IMG/VR virus record: IMGVR_UViG_3300037507_003993
Source: an uncultured virus (IMG/VR IMGVR_UViG_3300037507_003993)
Taxonomy: Duplodnaviria > Heunggongvirae > Uroviricota > Caudoviricetes
DNA length: 64,000 bases
Strand: one strand, 5' to 3'
A model generated the notes under the pieces. That model was not told the DNA's origin. It worked only from the letters and a program-made list of their open reading frames with translations, and searched no databases. Shown here piece by piece: positions 56,446 to 64,000 of the stretch. Numbering within the stretch: the stretch's first letter is position 1; each line of letters starts with the position of its first letter. Made by a program: the position numbers and the translations under genes.

Positions 56446-56923
56446 TGATATGTTTGCTCGCCTTGTTGCAGAGGATGTCAAAAATCGAGTGTCGGACACA
56501 CAGAGCGAATACATTCATTTGCCTCAAAATCGTGAGCGATGGAAGAGAGCCCTTCTCGCATTGGTGCGAAATCTTGATGAGCAAATTGCCGACATCAAAG
56601 ACGATAAAGAACTTGATTCCCAGAGATACGCAGATTTGGGTTCTGACGGCACGGTACTCCTAGCCGAAGCAATGCAGTCCTACGATGGCAGGCTGACGAA
56701 AATTGAACGCTTCAGATTCTTTGTCAATAAGCGTCTTGATTACGTTGTTTCCCTGGGTGAAGATGAGGGTGCAATCTCTCGTGCGAATTTCCTTGAGTCC
56801 GCAATCCTAAAACACAAGTCACTTATGGATGAGTTCGACATGGAGCCAACCGACATCGATGTCGCCTTGTGGGCATCGTTAGAAAATAAATGGCAGTTCG
56901 ACGATGTAATATCTCCTGAGTGA
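56438..56923 (+). CDS. hypothetical coiled-coil protein
   Basis: Start at MNDDMF overlapping upstream gene end. Confidence 0.7.
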   Translation: MNDDMFARLVAEDVKNRVSDTQSEYIHLPQNRERWKRALLALVRNLDEQIADIKDDKELDSQRYADLGSDGTVLLAEAMQSYDGRLTKIERFRFFVNKRLDYVVSLGEDEGAISRANFLESAILKHKSLMDEFDMEPTDIDVALWASLENKWQFDDVISPE

Positions 56924-57222
56924 GATATCGTTCAAAAAAGAAACAAAAAGAGTATTTGCTTAGGCGTCCACTCGTAGAAAAACTTCTGTCAGAAAAACCA
57001 TTTTGTGAAGCATGTCCTGTGTTTGCTGAACATGATGAGAAGTTGACATATGTTCGTAACAGAAGTTGCGACATTCACGAAATAATTAGACGCTCTCAGG
57101 GTGGGTCGATACTCGATGAGGAAAATCTTCTTGCGGTATGCAGGCCATGTCACAATCGAATTGGAAACTATCCGCAGCTTGCTTTTGATTTAGGTTTAGC
57201 CAAGCACGGCTGGGAACGTTAA
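56920..57222 (+). CDS. HNH endonuclease
   Basis: CEAC...DIHE...GGS...NLLAVCRPCHN. Confidence 0.85.
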   Translation: MRYRSKKKQKEYLLRRPLVEKLLSEKPFCEACPVFAEHDEKLTYVRNRSCDIHEIIRRSQGGSILDEENLLAVCRPCHNRIGNYPQLAFDLGLAKHGWER

Positions 57223-57290
57223 AACATTACTTGCGTTTACAACACGAAAGACATTTCAGTTGTAGAATTAATATCCTTAGGACCGTTATA

Positions 57291-57350
57291 GGCGCGAGGG
57301 CCGGGGGCACAGGGCAACGTGCAGCCCCCGGTTCTTGCGTCTCTTTTTTT
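57291..57350 (+). terminator. long GC-rich hairpin plus T-tract (terminator, possibly 3' end of a small RNA)
   Basis: GGCGCGAGGGCCGGGGGC (57291-57308) pairs with GCCCCCGGTTCTTGCGTC (57324-57341), 18 bp with 4 G-U; then T7. Confidence 0.7.
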
Positions 57351-57503
57351 ATGTGCGCGCCAACATCTCTTTACCTGAGCTAATAATTTTGTAATGGTAC
57401 TCTAAGGTCTTACAGCCGTTTCTGAGAAAAGAAAGGCAGGTGGTCCAAGGTCTAGTGGTGAATAACTACGCAAAGTAGACATGGACGTCTGTCTGTGTTA
57501 ATT

Positions 57504-57536
57504 CCCGTCGGGATTACACCCGGCGGGTCTTTGTTT
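57504..57536 (+). terminator. second hairpin plus T-rich tract
   Basis: CCCGTCGGG-ATTACA-CCCGGCGGG followed by TCTTTGTTT. Confidence 0.6.
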
Positions 57537-57553
57537 GTGGGGTAGAGTTTTGC

Positions 57554-58084
57554 GTGCCCATGAACATCCTAGGTCTCGACCTATCACTTACATCCACTGG
57601 GTATTGCCATGCTGGAGAAGCTGGTTATCTTTCTTTTGATTTATCTGGAGCTGAAAGATTGAGGAAAATAGCCAGCGAAATTGGCAATATTGCGGTTTCC
57701 AACAAAATACAATTGGTAGCCATAGAGGGTTATTCTTTTGCATCAAGAAATTCTCAGGCTCACTCAATCGGGGAGCTTGGCGGTGTCGTCAGGGTTGCCT
57801 TGCTAAATCTTGATATTCCATACATAATCGTGCCTCCTACCTGTCGAGCAAAATTTGCCACAGGCAAAGGGAACGCTGGCAAGTCAGAAGTCATATCTGC
57901 AATATCAGCTATTACGGGAATAGTTTGGAAAGGGGGGCATGCTGATGATATGTGCGATGCGTGGGTTCTTGAAGAAATGGTTTTGGCAAAAATTGGAAAT
58001 GCAAAATATAAGTGGTCAAACATTTCTCTCTCGGCGCTAGAGAAGATAGACTGGTCCCCACTCGAAGGGATAGAAAATGAATAG
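57554..58084 (+). CDS. RuvC-like Holliday junction resolvase
   Basis: LGLDLSLTSTG, IEGY, KFATGKGNAGKSEV, DDMCDA. Confidence 0.85.
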   Translation: MPMNILGLDLSLTSTGYCHAGEAGYLSFDLSGAERLRKIASEIGNIAVSNKIQLVAIEGYSFASRNSQAHSIGELGGVVRVALLNLDIPYIIVPPTCRAKFATGKGNAGKSEVISAISAITGIVWKGGHADDMCDAWVLEEMVLAKIGNAKYKWSNISLSALEKIDWSPLEGIENE

Positions 58085-58427
58085 AAGTCAACCAATCAGC
58101 CAGGTGGACATTGAGCGAGAAATGATGAGATTGCTCGACCTGCTCGAAAAAGAAACTGAAAACTTTGAAATACTCGCCGTGGACGCGGCAAAAAAGGACG
58201 CCAGGTACAAGGCGGAATGGGCAAAAGAATATCTAGGAGCTGCTGGTAAGGGGCACAGAACAATCACCGACAGAGAGCAATGGTCTCATTACAAGATGGA
58301 ACAAATGAAAGAGGATTACGAAATCGCGGAAGCACTAGTTAGGGCAAAGCGAGAAAAACTTCTTTCACTCAGGACGAGTATTGATGCCTTGCGAACCCTC
58401 AACGCCAATGTCCGCGCCCAGGTTTAG
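58077..58427 (+). CDS. hypothetical coiled-coil protein
   Basis: 116-aa ORF overlapping the resolvase end. Confidence 0.7.
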   Translation: MNRSQPISQVDIEREMMRLLDLLEKETENFEILAVDAAKKDARYKAEWAKEYLGAAGKGHRTITDREQWSHYKMEQMKEDYEIAEALVRAKREKLLSLRTSIDALRTLNANVRAQV

Positions 58428-58429
58428 AA

Positions 58430-58984
58430 GTGAATAACACAGAAACATCTTTAATTAATCCTTCTTTGCTGAAGCCGGCTACATGGAGGGCAAATTATAT
58501 TCTCAAGCCTGACCTTAAAGTGCTTATTTCTTCAATCGAAAAATACGGACTTTTAAGCCCAATCATTGTGCAGAAAAAATCAAACGTGATAATTGATGGC
58601 CATCAAAGAGTGATTGCAATATCTCAATCCAAGGCGCTGACTAAGCAGTACTCAAAATCAATCACCTGCATCGAATTGGACATATCAGATTTGGACGCAA
58701 TGATTCTCCACGTCCAAATAAATCGCGGTCGAGGTTCGGTTGTTGCTAAACGGATGTCCGACATTGTCAAGAAGATACATCAAAGTAGAGTTTATTCGAT
58801 GGATGAACTAGACGAGATTTTTAATATGACCGTTCAGGAATCCGACATGATGCTCGACGGTTCACTGGTTAAAATGCGCAAGGTTAAAGAACACGCCTAC
58901 TCGAGTGCGTGGGTTCCAATCGAAGCACCTGCAAAATCATCTGACAAAATCGTGTTAGAGAAGCCACCAAACCAGGACCGTTGA
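58430..58984 (+). CDS. ParB-like N-terminal domain protein (IbrB-like)
   Basis: LISSIEKYGLLSPIIV...IIDGHQR...INRGRG. Confidence 0.75.
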   Translation: MNNTETSLINPSLLKPATWRANYILKPDLKVLISSIEKYGLLSPIIVQKKSNVIIDGHQRVIAISQSKALTKQYSKSITCIELDISDLDAMILHVQINRGRGSVVAKRMSDIVKKIHQSRVYSMDELDEIFNMTVQESDMMLDGSLVKMRKVKEHAYSSAWVPIEAPAKSSDKIVLEKPPNQDR

Positions 58985-59036
58985 CACACCTAGAATCCAA
59001 TGGTGTAAACTTTAGTCAAACGCTGAAGAGGTAGCC

Positions 59037-59252
59037 ATGGAACAGAACACCGTCAGAGATAGAGAAATCGGTGCATTGACAAGAAGAAATCCGATAACCG
59101 GAGGTAATCGTCCTGCATGGTGGCGTCGGGCCACAGCCTACGGCTTGAATCGTCTTGCTGACGCCGTGTCTGGTCAAAGAACAACGCAGTCCGGCACCGG
59201 TCGAGCGCTTTTGAGGGAAAGACGAAGGCTGAATCTGGCAAGAGCCACGTGA
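59037..59252 (+). CDS. small basic protein
   Basis: 71 aa, GAGG SD; TTGACA at 58981 and TAAACT upstream. Confidence 0.6.
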   Translation: MEQNTVRDREIGALTRRNPITGGNRPAWWRRATAYGLNRLADAVSGQRTTQSGTGRALLRERRRLNLARAT

Positions 59253-59259
59253 GGTCTTA

Positions 59260-60114
59260 ATGCTTGTTACTGCTTCTGATTTAGCAATTTACATGGACGT
59301 CAAGTTCAGTTTGCGGCAACTTGATGCTGCTGAATTTGTGCTGAATGGTCTCCAGAGTGAGCTTGAGGCTTTTTTGCGTAGGCCGGTAGAAGTTGCCGAG
59401 CATACGGAGCAACATGTAATACCAAGTTATTTTCAAGGAGTTCCAGCCACTTCTTTTTTCTACGACCAATCGCTGGACACTACGGACAGTGGATTGAACT
59501 ATATTCAGCCTTCGATTGTTCTTAGCTTAAGAAACACACCTGTCGTAACCATAAAAAGTGTTTCGATTGGAAATCTTTCACAAGTGCCAATATTCATGGC
59601 CGAAGCAAAGATGCGTACAGCGACAATAACCGGTGCATCACAGTCTGGAACGGTGGTCACATTTAGCGCTGCAAATACTTTCACGAAGGGTCAGAGAGTT
59701 GTTGTTACAGGAGTAACTCCAAACTCATACAATAAATCTTCATTTGAAATTACCGCAGTAACAAGTACAACTTTTTCTGTTGGCGGTTATCAGAGCGGGT
59801 TGTCCGCTTATGTATCTGGCGGAACCGTAACTGCAACCGGAAACGACTACACAGTTCATAGATACGGAATTGAGTTGTACAGAGGTTTTCCTAACGACGT
59901 TGTTGAAATTGTCTACACCGGCGGCCTTGATGGTGAAGCGATTCAGATGTTTAAACTATTTATTCTTCGTGCTGCCACAAGAGAAATGCAAAATATGCAC
60001 GATGACGTTGTTGGAGTTAAAGACTTAACGACAAGAAATGTTGCCCCTCTTGAAACTGGTTTTTCAGAGAGAGAACTTCTTGCTCTACGTAGGTGGAGAA
60101 GGCGACGCATTTAA
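59260..60114 (+). CDS. head-tail adaptor with inserted Thr/Gly-rich beta domain
   Basis: LVTASDLAIY N-terminus, VEIVYTGG, C-terminal ELLALRRWRR; position before neck and tail genes. Confidence 0.65.
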   Translation: MLVTASDLAIYMDVKFSLRQLDAAEFVLNGLQSELEAFLRRPVEVAEHTEQHVIPSYFQGVPATSFFYDQSLDTTDSGLNYIQPSIVLSLRNTPVVTIKSVSIGNLSQVPIFMAEAKMRTATITGASQSGTVVTFSAANTFTKGQRVVVTGVTPNSYNKSSFEITAVTSTTFSVGGYQSGLSAYVSGGTVTATGNDYTVHRYGIELYRGFPNDVVEIVYTGGLDGEAIQMFKLFILRAATREMQNMHDDVVGVKDLTTRNVAPLETGFSERELLALRRWRRRRI

Positions 60115-60575
60115 TGGACATTGAAATAGGCGTAAGTACCAGGGGAATGGGGTCCGCCATTGCCAGGCTTGGGGCCATGTATTCTCGCGCCCAAGTGCTC
60201 ACTCCGGTGTTGATAAAAGCAAAACAAGAAGTGCGTATGGCAAATGCTGCAAACTTTACAAGTAATGGTCTCCTGGTTGGCGGGTGGAGACCGCTTGATG
60301 CTCAATATGCATCGTGGAAGATGACTCGATTCCCCGGTATGCCACCGATGATAAGGACTGGAAAATTATTCGCATCTCTTTCTGGTGCCAACGGCTCGAT
60401 TGACACAATGACGAATACATCTTTTTCTACTGGAACGTCTGTGGAATATGCAAAGTTTCATCAGTATGGAACTACAAAAATGCCAAAAAGAAAAATTGTA
60501 TTTGAGCCACCGCTGTTTGCCAAAAAGCTCGGCGGCGATACTGTTTCATACATTGCAAACGGCGAGGTGTTCTGA
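60114..60575 (+). CDS. phage virion morphogenesis (Mu gpG-like neck) protein
   Basis: WRPL...IRTGKL..SL...GTSVEYAKFHQYGT.KMPKR. Confidence 0.75.
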   Translation: MDIEIGVSTRGMGSAIARLGAMYSRAQVLTPVLIKAKQEVRMANAANFTSNGLLVGGWRPLDAQYASWKMTRFPGMPPMIRTGKLFASLSGANGSIDTMTNTSFSTGTSVEYAKFHQYGTTKMPKRKIVFEPPLFAKKLGGDTVSYIANGEVF

Positions 60576-61210
60576 TGCCAGCAGAATTAATGTACGGAGC
60601 TCAATTTGCAAAGTCATTCGTAAACGACTATTTAACCGACGACATTCCGCGCAGATTGATTAGGTATAGAAATGGTTGGAATTTATCCGAGGATGAACTT
60701 CCAAGCCCAGCAGAGTATCTAACATATGAACCGGTTGCTCTCGACTCTTGGCCAACGATAATTACTGTTGCCATATCTACGCGTTCGTTCAATCGTGTCG
60801 GGTATGGTATAGGGGCTGACCCGGTATATAAAGTGAATTACTCAATGAGAACATATATTTGGGTAAGAACCGATGGCTCAAAAGAAACCACCGAGATGCG
60901 AGACAGACTCACCACCGTTGTCCGCTCTGCTCTTTTGGATTACCCATGTCTGCAGCGGGAGGGCGCAGAGAGGGAGGCTCGCATAGAGGAAACCACCGTG
61001 GTTGAAGAGTTCTCCGACCTTACGATGTTAAAGGGCGACCGAGTTCTTGCTGGAGCCTACATAGGGTATGACTTATCTATTGACGAAGTTATAGCTCGCG
61101 ACAATATTGCTGATGAGGTTATTGAATTCGGCTTAACTGTTGGTCAAAACCCACTAACTGCACTTATTTCTAATTTTACAAACGCGGCAAGCATTTCAAT
61201 AGGCGAGTAA
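60575..61210 (+). CDS. probable tail completion/terminator protein
   Basis: Position between neck gene and sheath; 211 aa. Confidence 0.5.
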   Translation: MPAELMYGAQFAKSFVNDYLTDDIPRRLIRYRNGWNLSEDELPSPAEYLTYEPVALDSWPTIITVAISTRSFNRVGYGIGADPVYKVNYSMRTYIWVRTDGSKETTEMRDRLTTVVRSALLDYPCLQREGAEREARIEETTVVEEFSDLTMLKGDRVLAGAYIGYDLSIDEVIARDNIADEVIEFGLTVGQNPLTALISNFTNAASISIGE

Positions 61211-61214
61211 AATC

Positions 61215-61577
61215 GTGAGTGGTGAAATCGACTTTGTTGGTCTTGGGGAAAAAATAAACGAAATACCTGTTGAATATGCAGGATTTATGCAAATTCAAAA
61301 CCTTTCCCCAAAAATGCTCAAAGTAACCAACGACGCCTATTTGCTAAGCCGGGCGTCTGCTTTGGTGAAAGCCGACAACGAAAAAGTATTAATTTTAATT
61401 GACAAAGGTTTGGTTCTCCTGGTTGAAACCCCAGCTGCAAAAGAAGCAAAACATGTCGAGAAACCAAAATCTCGCAAAAAAGTCAAAAAAGAAATAGAAG
61501 CGCACCAAGACCACGTACTTGAAAACTTAAGTCATCTTTTTGAGGGTTCAGACAAAAACGTACGCCAAACACCTTGA
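61215..61577 (+). CDS. hypothetical protein
   Basis: 120-aa ORF before sheath. Confidence 0.6.
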   Translation: MSGEIDFVGLGEKINEIPVEYAGFMQIQNLSPKMLKVTNDAYLLSRASALVKADNEKVLILIDKGLVLLVETPAAKEAKHVEKPKSRKKVKKEIEAHQDHVLENLSHLFEGSDKNVRQTP

Positions 61578-61643
61578 GTAACCACCTATAATTTCAGTAG
61601 TCTCATACGAAATAGTTCCTGAAAGAAATGGGACGGAGGAAAA

Positions 61644-63101
61644 ATGCCAGGTATAGTTGTTACAACGGCGGTCCGCACTGGTCCAACCAATACGCAAACC
61701 GCGCCAACAGCGACGTTGTTTGTTGCTGGAGTAACGGAGAGGGGCCCAGACGGCACTTCACACCTCGTTACCAGCCTTTCGGACTTCGAAGATATTTTTG
61801 GCGGGTACACATCATCGGGTTACACGCACCAGACGATTGAAACATTCTTTGAAGAGGGCGGCGCACGTGCTTATGTTTCACGCGTCGTCGACGAATCGGC
61901 CGCTGAGGCAAGCCTTGCTCTTGCCGATTCCTCTGCTGCAACATGCATAAACCTTCTTGCCTCCGGAACTGGCACTTGGGCTAACAGCGGTGGATTGACT
62001 GCTCAAGTTGAGCAACCAACTGCGAGCGTGAATTTCAGAATTAAAGTTCGCGTTAACGGAACCCTGGTTTACACGACAGAAAATCACACAAGCCCAGCAA
62101 ATGCTGTTAATGAAATCAATAACAGCGCAACAGCTGCCCTGTACTTAACGGCCACGACTGGTGCATCAACGAATATTCCTGCTGTTGTTGCCGCAACAAA
62201 CTTTACTGGTGGCACAAATGGAAGCTCGTTAGTTGCAGCAGACCTAGAAGATGCGTTGGACACATTCACCAACAATCTTGGACCAGGTGCAGTTGCTGCT
62301 CCGGGCTTCTACGCAGAGGCAATGAGAGATTTGGTATTTGCTCACGCAGCTTCCAATAACAGAATCGCTTTGACATCATTCGATGAGGGCACGTCTGTTG
62401 CTACAGCAATCTCCGAGGCTGCAAATCACACTGGCGACGATAATGCGCCATATGGTGCGTTTTTCTACCCATGGGTAAAGATTCCAAACGGAACACTCAC
62501 AATGATGGTTCCACCAGAAGGTTATGTTGCTGCCAAGAGAGCACGCGTACATAATCTTTACGGTCCGTGGAACCCTTATGCAGGTGAAAGAACAGAAGCT
62601 ACATTTGTGACTGGCCTTGAGACATCGCTCTCAAAGACAGATTCAGACAACCTTGATGAGAACTTTATCAACGCGATTAAAATCATCAATGGCAGTGCGA
62701 GAATCTACGGAGCTCGTTCCGCCTCTGACGACACAGCAAACTTTAGATTCATCATCTCTCGCGAGGTTCTGAATCAGATTGTCTATGAAGCAGAGAGCGC
62801 ACTTGAGGCTCTCCTCTTCTTGCCAATCGACGGAAGACAGTCGACATTCTCACGAGTTCGCGCAACACTGACAGCCATCATGGAAAGAATCCGTTTGGCT
62901 GGCGGTCTGTACGAGGCGTTTGATGCAAACGGTAAGCAGCTTGACCCTGGCTACACAGTTCAGGTGAACAATGCAAACAACCCGCTTACTCAGTTGGCAA
63001 CTGGCGTAATCAAGGCCAAGGTTGGCGCTCGAGTTTCTTCAATCGGTGACACGATTGAGGTCGAGATTACAAAGTCAAACCTGACTTCAACATTGGTCTA
63101 A
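61644..63101 (+). CDS. contractile tail sheath protein
   Basis: MPGIVV, GVTERGP, FFEEGGARAYVSRV, FTGGTNG, FYPWV, PPEG, INAI...IYGARS. Confidence 0.9.
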   Translation: MPGIVVTTAVRTGPTNTQTAPTATLFVAGVTERGPDGTSHLVTSLSDFEDIFGGYTSSGYTHQTIETFFEEGGARAYVSRVVDESAAEASLALADSSAATCINLLASGTGTWANSGGLTAQVEQPTASVNFRIKVRVNGTLVYTTENHTSPANAVNEINNSATAALYLTATTGASTNIPAVVAATNFTGGTNGSSLVAADLEDALDTFTNNLGPGAVAAPGFYAEAMRDLVFAHAASNNRIALTSFDEGTSVATAISEAANHTGDDNAPYGAFFYPWVKIPNGTLTMMVPPEGYVAAKRARVHNLYGPWNPYAGERTEATFVTGLETSLSKTDSDNLDENFINAIKIINGSARIYGARSASDDTANFRFIISREVLNQIVYEAESALEALLFLPIDGRQSTFSRVRATLTAIMERIRLAGGLYEAFDANGKQLDPGYTVQVNNANNPLTQLATGVIKAKVGARVSSIGDTIEVEITKSNLTSTLV

Positions 63102-63129
63102 GAAAATAAAGTAAAGACACGGAGGAATT

Positions 63130-63579
63130 ATGGCAATTTCCACAAAATTGGCACAGCGACAAATCATCGCAGAAATCACGCCAGTTAGCGGCGCGGTTAC
63201 TGGGCCGACCCTTTCGGGGTATTTCGCTCAGGTGTCCGGTGGAGAAATCACAGCCGCTGTAGAAAAAATTTACATCGGTGGGCAGGCTTTCCCGGAAGTT
63301 CTTTGCGCCCCATCAGAAGTAGGCGACGTCACACTAACCAAGCATTATGATGCCGACATGCGCGTCCTAATCAACCAGGTTCGTCCTGTTGTTGGTCGTG
63401 CTTACTATGACATCAAGATTTACGACACTGACTGCGACCTGAAGAATCTTCAGTCGGAGCGTGTTTATGCAGGTGCCTTGCTTGTTGGCTTATCGGAGCC
63501 AGAAGGTGATGCCTCATCTGGTGCGCCAGCGACGATTGCTCTTACGTTTGCAATCTCCGGTGTTCCTGCTCAGGCATAA
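63130..63579 (+). CDS. tail tube protein
   Basis: Follows sheath; FAQVSGG...GDVTLTK...PEGDASS; GGAGG SD. Confidence 0.75.
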   Translation: MAISTKLAQRQIIAEITPVSGAVTGPTLSGYFAQVSGGEITAAVEKIYIGGQAFPEVLCAPSEVGDVTLTKHYDADMRVLINQVRPVVGRAYYDIKIYDTDCDLKNLQSERVYAGALLVGLSEPEGDASSGAPATIALTFAISGVPAQA

Positions 63580-63636
63580 TCAAAATATCTAATTGACATC
63601 CACTACTGGCCTGGTGCCAGTGCTAGTGTTTGCAAC

Positions 63637-64000
63637 ATGACAAACTCATTTTACTCAGAAGACTCAAATTCCTCTTTAGATTCTGGCGTGTCTGGTGAAG
63701 ATTCAGATAACGTTCTGGAGCAACTCACAGCCGTGATTAGCAAGAAGGTTTCGCGACCCGATGTATTCATCAATGTCCCAGAGCGACCAGGCGTAACTCT
63801 GCTCATCAGCCCAAACATCACGCAGCAGCAAGTTAAAGCATGGCAAAAGAATGCTGGTTCTGATTCAAAGACTGGTCTTGACGCAACAAGATTTGCATGT
63901 CAAGTCATTGGTCACACCACAAGAGGAATTTACTTCAACAGTGAAGAGGTTCTAGAGAATGGGAAATCTCTTGGATTTGCTTCTCCGGCAATTCTTAAAA
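63637..64000 (+). CDS. probable tail assembly chaperone (partial, runs off right edge)
   Basis: ORF MTNSFYSED... open to window end; follows tube; TAGTGT 7 nt upstream. Confidence 0.5.
   Translation, partial: MTNSFYSEDSNSSLDSGVSGEDSDNVLEQLTAVISKKVSRPDVFINVPERPGVTLLISPNITQQQVKAWQKNAGSDSKTGLDATRFACQVIGHTTRGIYFNSEEVLENGKSLGFASPAILK

Noticed and set aside
57223..57553. tRNA or tmRNA in the structured intergenic region
   Set aside because: No cloverleaf, T-loop GTTCRA or CCA end recognisable; no tRNA was spotted elsewhere by eye.

Overview
A 64-kb segment of a large tailed dsDNA phage. The host is most likely an actinobacterium: the phage encodes a WhiB, and many genes have a -10 box 5-7 nt before the start codon, implying leaderless mRNAs. 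Left (1-13 kb): DUF932-like fragment, WhiB, primase-helicase, ParB-like, GP88-like, thioredoxin, class II ribonucleotide reductase, two 2OG-Fe(II) oxygenases and small unknowns. Centre (13-53 kb, minus strand): an HK97-type head operon (small membrane protein, portal-MuF fusion, extended prohead protease ... major capsid protein). About 33 kb of extra genes separate protease and capsid, including proteins of 4175, 2126, 2025, 802 and 683 aa. Right (53-64 kb, plus strand): divergent large terminase, Rad52-like recombinase, RecB-like exonuclease, HNH, a structured non-coding region, RuvC-like resolvase, neck genes, contractile tail sheath and tube. Main observation: the giant head-locus proteins look like polyproteins. 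Unrelated enzymatic and regulatory domains (Nudix, tandem sigma-4-like HTHs, J-domains, zeta-toxin-like kinase, ADP-ribosyltransferase-like, OGFr-like, DEDDh exonuclease, HExxH metallopeptidase) are separated by a recurring pentapeptide [IV]-[TSAV]-G-x-M, seen at least 19 times in six proteins with variable codons. Each of the six also carries one of two shared motifs ahead of its first pentapeptide. I infer a virion-packaged, proteolytically processed effector cargo system. All domain calls are by-eye motif recognition; no searches were run.
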